Shown here: piece by piece, positions 1 to 9,124 of the stretch
Layout of the letters: each line of letters opens with the position of its first letter
How positions within the stretch are numbered: position 1 is the first letter of the stretch
DNA from: Patescibacteria group bacterium
GTDB lineage: Bacteria; Patescibacteriota; Minisyncoccia; Phycocordibacterales; CAIZLB01
Assembly (NCBI GenBank): GCA_040384445.1
Contig: JAZKJG010000001.1
Coordinates: forward strand, 249,483 to 313,482
Direction: 5' to 3'
Length of the DNA: 64,000 nucleotides
Notes under the pieces: generated by a model
The model's input: only the letters and a program-made list of their open reading frames with translations
Told to the model about the DNA's origin: nothing
Database searches by the model: none
Position numbers and translations under genes: made by a program

Positions 1-633
1 ATCAGGGTATGCTGCAAGAATATCTTTAATATCATTTAAATCTTGTATATTTCGTACAAATGAGTGAATGATGAAGTCGATATTATTTTTTGCACAGAAG
101 TGAATAAATCCAACATCTTTAGGAGTAAGTGAAGGTAAATTTATATGTACGTTTGGAATATTTAAACTTTTCTTTGTCTTAATAAGACCACTATTTTGCA
201 CAACACACTTAAGTCCTCCTTCAACAATTTCTTCTACTATAAATGAAATTGAGTTATCGTCATAACTAATAAGTTCTCCTACTGGAATTTCATTATGAAA
301 ATTTGGATAATCAACTCCGATAATCATTTCTCCTGTCTTTGTTAAATCTCCTGTAAAGATTACGTGGTCTCCTTTTTTCACTTCGAAAGGAATTTCTACA
401 CCCTTAGTTCTTGTTTCTGGACCTTTTGTATCTAGGAGAATACACATTTTTGAATCAGAAGCTGCTCTAATATTTGCAACTACACCAATAGCCTCTTCCT
501 CACCTTGGTGAGCGGTGTTAAGCCATGTTACATCGATTCCAGCATCAATAAGCTTTGTAATGTATTCTGGTGCTGCATTGTTGTCTGCAATTTTTGCAAT
601 AATTTTAGATTTTCTTCCGTGTGTCTTTATCAT
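1..633 (-). CDS. pyk: Pyruvate kinase, N-terminal ~211 aa; gene continues past window start
   Basis: Reverse translation from ATG at 631-633 gives MIKTHGRKSKIIAKI...LLDTKGPETRTKG, the typical PK N-terminal barrel motifs. No ORF-track entry because it runs off the edge. Confidence 0.75.
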   Translation of the reverse strand, partial: MIKTHGRKSKIIAKIADNNAAPEYITKLIDAGIDVTWLNTAHQGEEEAIGVVANIRAASDSKMCILLDTKGPETRTKGVEIPFEVKKGDHVIFTGDLTKTGEMIIGVDYPNFHNEIPVGELISYDDNSISFIVEEIVEGGLKCVVQNSGLIKTKKSLNIPNVHINLPSLTPKDVGFIHFCAKNNIDFIIHSFVRNIQDLNDIKDILAAYPD

Positions 634-696
634 AATTGTAATTTATTTTGAGTAAGGCTCTATAGTACTACAATTTTCAAATTTTTACCAGCTCTT

Positions 697-2481
697 CTAT
701 CTGTCTGGTGGAAGTTCATAATATTGGATCAAGAAATCTGTAAGGTCCAAGAATGAATTTGCAAGTGATTCAGATGAATATTGACTCACTTTTGGATCAA
801 CCGTGTACATAAAGACAATAAATCGTGGCTTATAAGCCGGAAAGAACCCAATGAACGTATGTATATTTTTTCCTTCTATGTATCCCCCGTTCTGTGATGC
901 AATCTGAGCAGTTCCTGTTTTGGCTGCAATCGAGTATCGTGGATTTTTTCTTTTACCATCAAGAAGTGCCTTATCAACATTTTCTACCAACATACTTCGA
1001 ATCTCATCAATCGTAGAAGCTTTAAGCACAGCTTTGTCTGGATCTAGCTTTAGAATAGGTGTTGTATCAAAAGTTCCAACTGAATGTTTTACTTTTTGTA
1101 CTACATGCGGATTAATCAAATGACCCCCATTTGCAAGCACTGAGAGCGCACGGATGGTTCCAACCGGTGTCATAGCAATACCTTGTCCAAAAGATGCTGT
1201 AGCGTGCTCTACATCGCCTTTGTCGAGGTTCTTAGTAAGTGGTGCAGACTCATCTGGTAAATCGATATTTGTTTTCTCCCCTAATCCAAAACTCTTAAAG
1301 TATTTTGTAAGTGTGTCATTTCCGACAAGTTGTGCAATACGGATGAATCCAGTGTTCAAAGATTTTGATAATGCTTCTTGGTATGTAATAACACCTCGTC
1401 CTTTTTTATCGAAGTTATACATCGTTCTATCTCGAACTTTTACAAACCCTTCGTCATTATAGGTTGTCTGCGCGTGAACTTTTCCTGTGTCAATTCCAAC
1501 AGCCATTGTCAGTGGTTTGATAATAGATCCCATTTCATGAGAACTTTCAACCATGTCATTTTTATAAATAGAAATATCAGTAATCTTTTTTGTGTCTTCA
1601 GGATTAAAGGTAGGAGTTTGTGCGAGAGCAAAAATTTCTCCAGTATACGGATCCATGATAATTGCTCCAGTCAAATCTGAGCTTTGTTTTGCTTGTACTG
1701 CAGCAACTGTCTGCTGTAATTCTTTTTGAACCGTAGGCTCGATTGTCGTGTATACATCGCCTTCAAGATTACCGCTATCTGCTATGATTTTTTTTGCTCC
1801 AGAAAATAGCTCAGCAAAAAAGTTTGTGTATGCTGAATTTCCTCTCACTAGAGTTTTCTCATATTGTTTCTCCAAACCATATCGACCTGCAAGTGAATCA
1901 CCTTTGTATCCAAGCAAGCCAATCACGTGTGGCGCTAGATCACCTCCTGGATAATATCTATCTTTCTCTTTCGCAACCCCGAGATAGGATAGTTTTAATT
2001 CTTTGATTTTCGTAACCTGCTCCTCTGATATGTCTTCAGTTATCTCTTCATATGGATCTTGTGGTTTGTTTTTGATGCCCGCAAAAGAATCAGAGTTAAC
2101 AGGTTTTGACGTTGTGCCTAGCGCAGCAACTATTCTAACTTGCAAATCAGACAAAGCATCTCCCACAGAGGTAATCACCTGTCCATCCTTATTTTTATAT
2201 CCATTTTTTGAAACAAGTACATGAAAAGATTTAGCATTGATATACAACACGTAGTTCGACCTTACTGTCGCAACAGCAACTGCAACACCATCTTTGGTGG
2301 TTACATAAATACTCCCTCTGTCTACAAATGCATTTGTCTTTTTTACATATTGCTTATCTGCAAGGTCCACGTAGGTCTCATGACGCGCAACTTGCACAAC
2401 ATACAATCTAAAAATTAAAACAAAACCAGCACAAAGACATAATAGAGATATAATACGAGCTCTAAAGATAAAAACGTTCAT
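697..2481 (-). CDS. ftsI: Class B penicillin-binding protein / peptidoglycan D,D-transpeptidase (FtsI/PBP2-like)
   Basis: 594 aa with N-terminal TM; SxxK (GSIIKP), SxN (SKS) and KTG(T) (KTGTA) motifs; sits in the dcw cluster after mraZ-rsmH-ftsL. Confidence 0.8.
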   Translation of the reverse strand: MNVFIFRARIISLLCLCAGFVLIFRLYVVQVARHETYVDLADKQYVKKTNAFVDRGSIYVTTKDGVAVAVATVRSNYVLYINAKSFHVLVSKNGYKNKDGQVITSVGDALSDLQVRIVAALGTTSKPVNSDSFAGIKNKPQDPYEEITEDISEEQVTKIKELKLSYLGVAKEKDRYYPGGDLAPHVIGLLGYKGDSLAGRYGLEKQYEKTLVRGNSAYTNFFAELFSGAKKIIADSGNLEGDVYTTIEPTVQKELQQTVAAVQAKQSSDLTGAIIMDPYTGEIFALAQTPTFNPEDTKKITDISIYKNDMVESSHEMGSIIKPLTMAVGIDTGKVHAQTTYNDEGFVKVRDRTMYNFDKKGRGVITYQEALSKSLNTGFIRIAQLVGNDTLTKYFKSFGLGEKTNIDLPDESAPLTKNLDKGDVEHATASFGQGIAMTPVGTIRALSVLANGGHLINPHVVQKVKHSVGTFDTTPILKLDPDKAVLKASTIDEIRSMLVENVDKALLDGKRKNPRYSIAAKTGTAQIASQNGGYIEGKNIHTFIGFFPAYKPRFIVFMYTVDPKVSQYSSESLANSFLDLTDFLIQYYELPPDR

Positions 2482-2492
2482 ACAATATAAAT

Positions 2493-2801
2493 TTATCGAA
2501 CAGCCAATGCAACATCCTTCACAGTATCAATATATGCAACTGCCCCTGTACTTCTTTCATACCCAAGCGCGAGTGCAGTTTCTACATCAATTGTAGAAGT
2601 TTTTTGAATATATTCATGTTCTTTCTGACCAACTACTGCCTGTAGTTCTGAAAAAGCAATTTGTTCTCTTTCATAATGTGAAGCAATAGTCACTGTTTTA
2701 TATACGCACACAATATACGTACATGAGAGAAGTATTATTAATGAAAATAACGCGGAAGTTCGGTTAATTTTTGCTAGTAATTTATATATATTTTTTTTCA
2801 T
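2493..2801 (-). CDS. Small bitopic membrane protein in the FtsL position of the dcw cluster
   Basis: 102 aa with a single N-terminal TM helix; positioned between rsmH and ftsI with a 4-nt overlap with rsmH. Assigned by synteny only. Confidence 0.4.
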   Translation of the reverse strand: MKKNIYKLLAKINRTSALFSLIILLSCTYIVCVYKTVTIASHYEREQIAFSELQAVVGQKEHEYIQKTSTIDVETALALGYERSTGAVAYIDTVKDVALAVR

Positions 2802-3706
2802 TTGTTTTTAAATATTCTTAGTTTTGCGCTTCGTGATCTCGGATTTAATTCGATCTCAGTCGCGGTAGGCAGTATAACTTTTTTATTCAAGCGTATCCCT
2901 AACCCTTCCTCTTCATATTTCTTAAACATATTCTTAACAATTCTGTCTTCAAGACTGTGGTAGCTTATGACGATTATTTTTCCTTCAGGAGCAAGAAGTT
3001 TCTGTGCATATTCCAACCCCTTCTCAAGAACTTGTAGTTCACCATTTACAGTGATTCTAATAGCTTGAAATGTTTTAGTTGCTGGATGGATTCCCCCTTT
3101 TCTTTTTACAACGCTTTCGATTAGGTCCGCTAGTTGTTTTGAAGTCTTGATTGGATTGATTTCTCGTGCCGCCTCGATTGCTTTGGCAATCTTCCAAGCA
3201 GACTGTTCTTCTGCATATGTTCGAAGGATAAGTGCAATGTTGTCTGGTGACCAACTGTTTACAATATCGTATGCAGTAAGTATGTCCCCTTGTTCATCTG
3301 TCAGTACATCTGTTGAGAATCTCATATCTAGAGGCTCGTCATATTTGAATGAAAACCCTCTTTCAGATGGACCAAGTTGATATGTACTTAGTCCGAGATC
3401 AAACAAGATACTGTCAAATGTTCCTTCATGCTCTTTTCCAATCAATGGTTCCAATTCTCCAAAATTTCCTTTGTGAATCGTTAATCGATCTTTTAAAGAT
3501 GTAATCTTTTTGTTTTGTTGTAAAAAGTTCTGGGCTCGTTCTATTGCGTTCTCATCTGCATCTATTGCATGTACATGGACGTTTGGATTTTGTACAAGAA
3601 GTTCTTCTACATGTCCTCCGTCTCCAAAGTTACAGTCTAAGTGAATCTTTGAGTCTGCACATAGTTCTGTAATTTCTTTCAGTAATACTGGAATGTGTCG
3701 TGTCAT
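2798..3706 (-). CDS. rsmH: 16S rRNA (cytosine1402-N4)-methyltransferase RsmH (MraW)
   Basis: 302 aa; N-terminal HIPVLLKE motif and SAM-MTase fold typical of RsmH; downstream of mraZ. Confidence 0.85.
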   Translation of the reverse strand: MTRHIPVLLKEITELCADSKIHLDCNFGDGGHVEELLVQNPNVHVHAIDADENAIERAQNFLQQNKKITSLKDRLTIHKGNFGELEPLIGKEHEGTFDSILFDLGLSTYQLGPSERGFSFKYDEPLDMRFSTDVLTDEQGDILTAYDIVNSWSPDNIALILRTYAEEQSAWKIAKAIEAAREINPIKTSKQLADLIESVVKRKGGIHPATKTFQAIRITVNGELQVLEKGLEYAQKLLAPEGKIIVISYHSLEDRIVKNMFKKYEEEGLGIRLNKKVILPTATEIELNPRSRSAKLRIFKNK

Positions 3707-3714
3707 ATAGTTGC

Positions 3715-4173
3715 TTAGAGTACACCAATTTCTCCTAATTTTGCAGCGAGGCTATCAGCTTCCTTCAAAATTCTTTCTTTATACACTTTCCACTTCTTCT
3801 CCTCCCAAATCTCAACTCTTGTATGAACTCCGGTAAATACAAGTTTTTGAGAACTTTTCTTATCTCCCGATGCATCTAGTCCCATATAATCTTTCAAAAA
3901 ATCTGGCATCAATATTCTTCCTGCACTATCAACTTCAACTTCTACTGCTCCTGCGAGCATAATTCGGTTGAAAGCTCTCGTATCAGGATTCAACATGGAC
4001 ATTTTTCCAAGTTGAGCGGCGATATTTGCCCACTCACTCAATGTAAACATGAACAGACAGCTGTCGAGACCGTGTGTGATTATAACGTTCTTTCCAAGCT
4101 CTTTTCTGAACTTAGAAGGAAGTGATAAACGTTTTTTTTCATCTAATGTGTGTGTAAATTCTCCTATGAACAT
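3715..4173 (-). CDS. mraZ: Transcriptional regulator MraZ
   Basis: 152 aa; MFIGEFTHTLDEKKRLSLPSKFR matches the duplicated MraZ DxxxR motif; first gene of the dcw cluster. Confidence 0.85.
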   Translation of the reverse strand: MFIGEFTHTLDEKKRLSLPSKFRKELGKNVIITHGLDSCLFMFTLSEWANIAAQLGKMSMLNPDTRAFNRIMLAGAVEVEVDSAGRILMPDFLKDYMGLDASGDKKSSQKLVFTGVHTRVEIWEEKKWKVYKERILKEADSLAAKLGEIGVL

Positions 4174-4182
4174 ATGCTTTTT

Positions 4183-4228
4183 AAGTGGTCTACCACTTTA
4201 TCCCACTTGATACCATTTTATACCACTT
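4183..4228 (-). promoter_or_regulatory. Putative MraZ operator: four direct AAGTGG/AAATGG repeats at 10-bp spacing plus one inverted copy
   Basis: On the minus strand: AAGTGGtataAAATGGtatcAAGTGGgataAAGTGGtaga, i.e. plus CCACTT at 4193, 4203, 4213(CCATTT), 4223; inverted AAGTGG at 4183-4188. The repeats overlap a TTTGCA-N17-TAAAAT-like promoter 20-55 nt upstream of the mraZ ATG. Confidence 0.45.
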
Positions 4229-4366
4229 CATGGGATTTGCAAATAGACATTACGGGGGTTTTGTGTGGGAATGTTGGGTTTTGATGATTATTTTTGTTTT
4301 GGTGCGAAAGTTGACAAAATTACTAAGGAATGATATTTTAAATAAGCACCTTTAACCTTTAAAAAT

Positions 4367-4690
4367 ATGCTCGGGGCATTTATTCAACTTTACGAAGACA
4401 ATAAACGCAAATCAGATTACTGTTCCAAAATCACGAAAATCAAACATTCACCAGAAAGAAAGATCAAAAAAGTAGTTCAAACCCTGAAAACATGGATCGA
4501 TGGGAAATATGAAAAGGGCTTAACAAAAAGAGAAGTAATTTCAGAGGTATATATTTGGGTTGTTACAGTCATGATCCAAAAGTATTACAAAGATCAACCT
4601 GAAGGTTCTGAATATGAGGAAACTTTTTACTGTGAGACTAAAGAAGCAGCTGAAAGAAAAGTTCCTGGTCATTCATGGAGTGGATTTTAA
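4367..4690 (+). CDS. Hypothetical protein (107 aa)
   Basis: Intact ORF followed by a perfect 10-bp-stem terminator; no recognisable motif. Confidence 0.4.
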   Translation: MLGAFIQLYEDNKRKSDYCSKITKIKHSPERKIKKVVQTLKTWIDGKYEKGLTKREVISEVYIWVVTVMIQKYYKDQPEGSEYEETFYCETKEAAERKVPGHSWSGF

Positions 4691-4715
4691 TTCTTTCTCA
4701 ATATCACAAACAAAC

Positions 4716-4750
4716 CACTAGAGGAGAATCCTCTAGTGTGTTTTTATTTT
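4716..4750 (+). terminator. Intrinsic terminator
   Basis: cactagagga-gaa-tcctctagtg followed by tgtttttatttt. Confidence 0.6.
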
Positions 4751-4755
4751 ACCTC

Positions 4756-5223
4756 CTACCGTCCCCCTCCATTCTCAATCATCTTCTCAATCACAGACAA
4801 ATGCGTGATCAAATCAGTTTTCGGAATCCCTTTCGCTAAAAATTTCATATGGACCCTTAATTCAACTTCAACTTTCTCAACAAACTTTCTTCCTTTAGCA
4901 GTTATAAACACATTCTTAGCTCTACTATCTAGTGGATCAGACTTAGTTTCTACCAACTCCTTTTTCGTTAACTCACGAACTAACACAGTAACAAAAGGAG
5001 GTTCTACAATCAATTCATCTGACAATGCACTGAACCTTAAACCTTTTTCGTCATCATATAAAATTCCAAGGAGTGCCCAATCAATTGTGGATATATTATG
5101 CTCAAGCAACTTTTCACCAGTGATCACTTTTAAAAGTCTATACACTTTTGCATGCAAAAGACCTACCCTATAGGTAGTTCGATGCTTTATTGCAGTTTGT
5201 ATTTTTTTAACGAGATCAAACAT
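4756..5223 (-). CDS. MarR-family transcriptional regulator
   Basis: 155 aa; winged-HTH pattern (DPLDSRAKNVFITAKGRKF...) typical of MarR/OhrR; adjacent to msrB. Confidence 0.6.
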   Translation of the reverse strand: MFDLVKKIQTAIKHRTTYRVGLLHAKVYRLLKVITGEKLLEHNISTIDWALLGILYDDEKGLRFSALSDELIVEPPFVTVLVRELTKKELVETKSDPLDSRAKNVFITAKGRKFVEKVEVELRVHMKFLAKGIPKTDLITHLSVIEKMIENGGGR

Positions 5224-5226
5224 AAT

Positions 5227-5703
5227 TTACTGTATCGTATCAGGTATAAATTTTAAGGCAAGACCATTAATACAATATCGAAGTCCTGTTGGAGTTTGAG
5301 GAGCATCATTAAATACATGTCCAAGGTGGCTTTTACATTTTGCAGAAATAATCTCTGTTCTATCCCCATCTGCCCGTTCTTCTACAGAACTTGATGCAAT
5401 CGGAGCCCAGAAACTTGGCCATCCTGTTCCTGTTTCAAACTTTTGTTCTGATCTAAACACTGGTTCGTTACAGTCAGCAGTTACATATGTTCCTTTTCGT
5501 TTTTCATATAGTAGATCACTCGTAAACGGACGCTCTGTTGCACCTTCTTTAAGAACTGCATATTGTGCTGGAGTGAGTGAAGAATCTACACTTTTAACTT
5601 CTGAAGGATTTTTGTGTATTCTTGACACAATAAAACCGAGTTGAACAATAACTATGACTATAAGTATTATTTTGATGAATTTTGATTGCATATATATGTG
5701 CAT
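5227..5703 (-). CDS. msrB: Peptide methionine-(R)-S-oxide reductase MsrB with N-terminal signal anchor
   Basis: 158 aa; GTGWPSF, CxxC...CxxC zinc motifs and RYCINGLAL catalytic region; hydrophobic N-terminus implies extracytoplasmic localisation. Confidence 0.8.
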   Translation of the reverse strand: MHIYMQSKFIKIILIVIVIVQLGFIVSRIHKNPSEVKSVDSSLTPAQYAVLKEGATERPFTSDLLYEKRKGTYVTADCNEPVFRSEQKFETGTGWPSFWAPIASSSVEERADGDRTEIISAKCKSHLGHVFNDAPQTPTGLRYCINGLALKFIPDTIQ

Positions 5704-5706
5704 TAA

Positions 5707-7374
5707 TTAACCGAATGTAAATGTGAATGCTTCAAGTCCTGGAGAACCTGTTCGAATCTCAAGCGTATGTTCTCCATATTCATTTCCATCAACTAGTGTA
5801 TATAGTTCATTTGCCTGAATCACAATATCTTTCACCTTTTTTCCATCTATATATATCTCAGTTGTAATTGGTTTCTCTGAACTTGCAACCATATATACAC
5901 TTCTTGCATCATACTTGTACAAAATTTTTCCTTTAGTTTTTGACATGGCTGATTCCGGAGTAAAATTCCATGTTCCTTCTAGATACAGTTTATTTTTAAT
6001 TATTGTCTGTGGGATTACAAATGTCTGAGTACCCAACACTCCAGCTTTACCATTTTCAAGAACCAAGTTTCTTGCAGAACCAAAGTACACCTCCTTACTA
6101 TTCACTCTTGAAGACTCATAGTTCATCACATTATTAGGATTTACGATATCAGTTGGAATCTTTATTTCAGGTCTCGTAGCATTTAATTTAAGCAATGCCA
6201 TTTGAATTGCTCTCTCTGTTTCAAGATATTCACCTTCACCAATATGGTCATATACGATATTCCCCTCTTCATCAATCAAATATTTTCGTGGCCAATATTG
6301 ATTTCCATATGCATTCCAAGTCTGATATGAGTTATCCAACACTACTGGATGTTTTACGTTAAATTTTCGAACTGCCTCTTCTACATTTTTCTCAACTTTT
6401 TCAAATGCAAATTCTGGCGTATGAAGGCCTATCACAACTAATCCTTTATCTTTATATTTTTCATACCACGCGTTTACATACGGAAGCGTTCTCTGACAAT
6501 TAATACAACTATACGTCCACACATCAAGGAGAATCACTTTTTTACCCTTAAACTCTGCAATAGTTATTGGCTGACCATCAGTATTTATATACCCATCTGG
6601 ACTCACAAGTTCTGGTGCCACGGTTCCAATAACTTCAGAATTATTCTTTTTATCTAGTGATAAGATTTTCTGTTCAACTTTTGTAACATCAAACAATCCA
6701 GCATCAAGAATACTTCTTTGAATCTTCTTATCTATTCCAAACATGATTCCCACTCCAACAATAATAAACAGAACACCAAGTCCTTTTTTAAACCATCCGT
6801 TAGGATCTGCCAGATTTCCAAGCTTACCAACAAACCTTTGTCCTACAAACGCAATAAGGAGAAGCATTCCCGATAAACCAATCGTATATACCACAAGGCA
6901 AAGTAGTCCAAATAAAAATGATTGTGGCAATACTGTTGCTAAAATAACAAAATATGTTGGACTACATGTTGAGAATACTGGACCTAAAGATGCTCCAATA
7001 ATAATGTCACCGTACGTACTCTCTTTATTTGAACCGATATTCATTACCTTGTTTGACTTCAAGGAGAGTTTATTTACAAAACGAAGTCTATCCCACAGAT
7101 TTGGAAACAAACTGATCAATCCAAATACAATAATAATTGTTCCGGAAATTATTGCCCAAACTGTTGGAGGAATATCAATAAACGCAGTACTTACTTTCAG
7201 AATGAGAGTAAAAATAATAATCGATGCTGCAAGAGAGCCTGCAATAACAAATGCTTTCTTTCTGTTATTTACTCCAGATACAGTACTTCCAATAATAATC
7301 GGTAGAATTGGCAGTGTACATGGGGCAAGTATTGTGAGAACTCCTGCGATAAATGAAATAAGTAGTAATATCAT
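5707..7374 (-). CDS. CcdA/DsbD-like membrane electron transporter fused to a TlpA/ResA-like thioredoxin domain plus a ~170-aa C-terminal domain of unknown function
   Basis: 555 aa; N-terminal ~6 TM with CcdA-type Cys pairs; central WTYSCINCQ (WCxxC thioredoxin motif); beta-rich C-terminal extension not recognised. Confidence 0.65.
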   Translation of the reverse strand: MILLLISFIAGVLTILAPCTLPILPIIIGSTVSGVNNRKKAFVIAGSLAASIIIFTLILKVSTAFIDIPPTVWAIISGTIIIVFGLISLFPNLWDRLRFVNKLSLKSNKVMNIGSNKESTYGDIIIGASLGPVFSTCSPTYFVILATVLPQSFLFGLLCLVVYTIGLSGMLLLIAFVGQRFVGKLGNLADPNGWFKKGLGVLFIIVGVGIMFGIDKKIQRSILDAGLFDVTKVEQKILSLDKKNNSEVIGTVAPELVSPDGYINTDGQPITIAEFKGKKVILLDVWTYSCINCQRTLPYVNAWYEKYKDKGLVVIGLHTPEFAFEKVEKNVEEAVRKFNVKHPVVLDNSYQTWNAYGNQYWPRKYLIDEEGNIVYDHIGEGEYLETERAIQMALLKLNATRPEIKIPTDIVNPNNVMNYESSRVNSKEVYFGSARNLVLENGKAGVLGTQTFVIPQTIIKNKLYLEGTWNFTPESAMSKTKGKILYKYDARSVYMVASSEKPITTEIYIDGKKVKDIVIQANELYTLVDGNEYGEHTLEIRTGSPGLEAFTFTFG

Positions 7375-7446
7375 ATGTTTATTATAATGTTGTTAATCAT
7401 CAAGACCAAACGTCATAATCGATTGATCTTGATTCAAACAACAATA

Positions 7447-8058
7447 CTATTTAGTTGGCATCAACACAGAGTCGATCACAAATGTAACTCCATTCGAAGA
7501 AATTACATCTGCTGTCTCAACCATTGCTGTTCCATTAACAGTAAGTTGTCCGCTAGCTGATTTTCCAATCTTAAGTGACTCACCCTGAACTGTTTTAAGC
7601 ATCATCCCATCCTTAAGATCTGCTGAAGTATATCTTCCTGCTACAACGTGGTACGTAAGGATATTTGTAAGTTTTGCTTTGTTCTCTGGTTTTACCAAAG
7701 TTTCAACTGTTCCTGCTGGAAGTTTTGCAAAGGCAGCGTTTGTTGGAGCGAAAACCGTAAATGGTCCAGCACTCTTTAATGTATCAACCAATCCAGCTGC
7801 TTTAACAGCTGCAACCACTGTTGTTACATTACTTGCATTCATAGCATTATCTACAATATCTTTACTTTTCACCATCATAGCTCCACCAACCATCACCCCT
7901 TCTTCTCTTGTCATCACTTCACCACTATTATTATCCATCATAGAATTATTCATCATACTGTTTGATTCCATCATTTTATCGTCTTTGTTCAATAGAACTA
8001 ATCCGATAATTCCAAGTATAACGATAATTATGATTGTTATTGTAGTTTCTTTTGACAT
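7447..8058 (-). CDS. Fasciclin (FAS1) domain protein with N-terminal TM and M/N-rich low-complexity segment
   Basis: FTVFAPTNAAFAKLP...VTFVIDSVLMP are fasciclin signature blocks. Confidence 0.7.
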   Translation of the reverse strand: MSKETTITIIIIVILGIIGLVLLNKDDKMMESNSMMNNSMMDNNSGEVMTREEGVMVGGAMMVKSKDIVDNAMNASNVTTVVAAVKAAGLVDTLKSAGPFTVFAPTNAAFAKLPAGTVETLVKPENKAKLTNILTYHVVAGRYTSADLKDGMMLKTVQGESLKIGKSASGQLTVNGTAMVETADVISSNGVTFVIDSVLMPTK

Positions 8059-8095
8059 AGTTTTGGATATTAATTTAATTATTAAAAGTTTATAG

Positions 8096-8117
8096 TACTT
8101 AAGTAGATACTTAAGTA
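8096..8117. promoter_or_regulatory. Two copies of the self-complementary 10-mer TACTTAAGTA in the fasciclin gene upstream region
   Basis: tacttaagta at 8096-8105 and 8108-8117, separated by ga, 40-60 nt upstream of the fasciclin start. Confidence 0.3.
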
Positions 8118-8195
8118 ACTTAACTATATCCTTTTTGCGTATTAAAAGCTATGTATTTTGTTGTGAAGAATTTTTATGACACTAAAATTTAATTC

Positions 8196-9116
8196 TTACC
8201 ACCCTCCACTACTCCCTCCTCCACCGGAACTTCCACCTCCTCCTGAAAATCCTCCACCCCCACCACTTCTTCCTCCCGATCCTGACATCCCTCCCCAGAA
8301 TCCACCTCCACCCCTAGATTTTTTTATACTTTTTTGCAGTGCATCCAGTATTTTCTCTGAAAAAGATGATTTACCAGAAAAGAACGCATCCACAATCAAC
8401 CCGAGTAATGCAATAATAAAGACAAATACTGTTTGAGTAATAATAAACAACACTACAGAAAGTATAAGCCCCAGAAAAAACCCTAACCATACAGATCTAG
8501 ATTTTGACATTGCCACAAGAATTGAAACAATAACTGTCACAAGTGAAGAAAGTATAAAGAATATGAAAAATAAAACACCAAACCAATCACTCGGATTCAC
8601 ATTTAACCCCTCATCCGCCACATATGCCTCACCACGCGACACAATATCAATCATTCTATCAACAGCATCATTCACCCCCTTCCCATAATCTCCAGCTTGA
8701 AAAGCCGGTGTTACATTTTCCCTTCTTATAATATCCGTCAATGAATCTGGCATTACCCCTTCAAGCCCATAACCAACTTCAAATCTATTCTTTCTATCTT
8801 CAAGCGAAATCAAAAACAATAATCCATTATTCTTATCCTTCTGCCCAATTTCATTATTTTGAAACAGCTCATATGCAAATGTCTCAATAGTCTGATCCGA
8901 TGGAAGTTTAGGAATTGTTACCACAACTATCTGGTTCGATGTAGATGCGTTAAATGAAGCCAGCTTACTCTCTATAACAGCCTGTACGTCGTCAGGAATC
9001 ATGTTTGCAGTATCTGTGACAAACATACTCAACTTCATATCAACACCTTGCGCAGAGACATCTACAACAAAAAAACTGCATACACTCAATATGGTAATGT
9101 ATAGCAGTTTTTTCAT
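8196..9116 (-). CDS. TPM-domain (TLP18.3/Psb32/MOLO-1) protein with TM segments and Gly/Ser-rich C-terminal tail
   Basis: 306 aa; signal peptide, TPM phosphatase-like domain, 4 TM, GGGGSSGGGG tail; classic partner of LemA. Confidence 0.7.
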   Translation of the reverse strand: MKKLLYITILSVCSFFVVDVSAQGVDMKLSMFVTDTANMIPDDVQAVIESKLASFNASTSNQIVVVTIPKLPSDQTIETFAYELFQNNEIGQKDKNNGLLFLISLEDRKNRFEVGYGLEGVMPDSLTDIIRRENVTPAFQAGDYGKGVNDAVDRMIDIVSRGEAYVADEGLNVNPSDWFGVLFFIFFILSSLVTVIVSILVAMSKSRSVWLGFFLGLILSVVLFIITQTVFVFIIALLGLIVDAFFSGKSSFSEKILDALQKSIKKSRGGGGFWGGMSGSGGRSGGGGGFSGGGGSSGGGGSSGGW

Positions 9117-9124
9117 AGTGTATT

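Noticed and set aside
1154-2418. Several 60-100-aa plus-strand ORFs inside ftsI (and similar antisense ORFs inside dnaE, the histidine kinase, nrdA/nrdB and the GH gene)
   Set aside because: Antisense or overlapping frames within well-supported long genes, with no start/terminator context.
8176-8436. Plus-strand ORF encoding a Pro-rich peptide (PPLLPPPPELPPPP...)
   Set aside because: It is the antisense frame of the Gly/Ser-rich C-terminal tail of the TPM-domain gene (GGG codons read as CCC); a compositional artefact.
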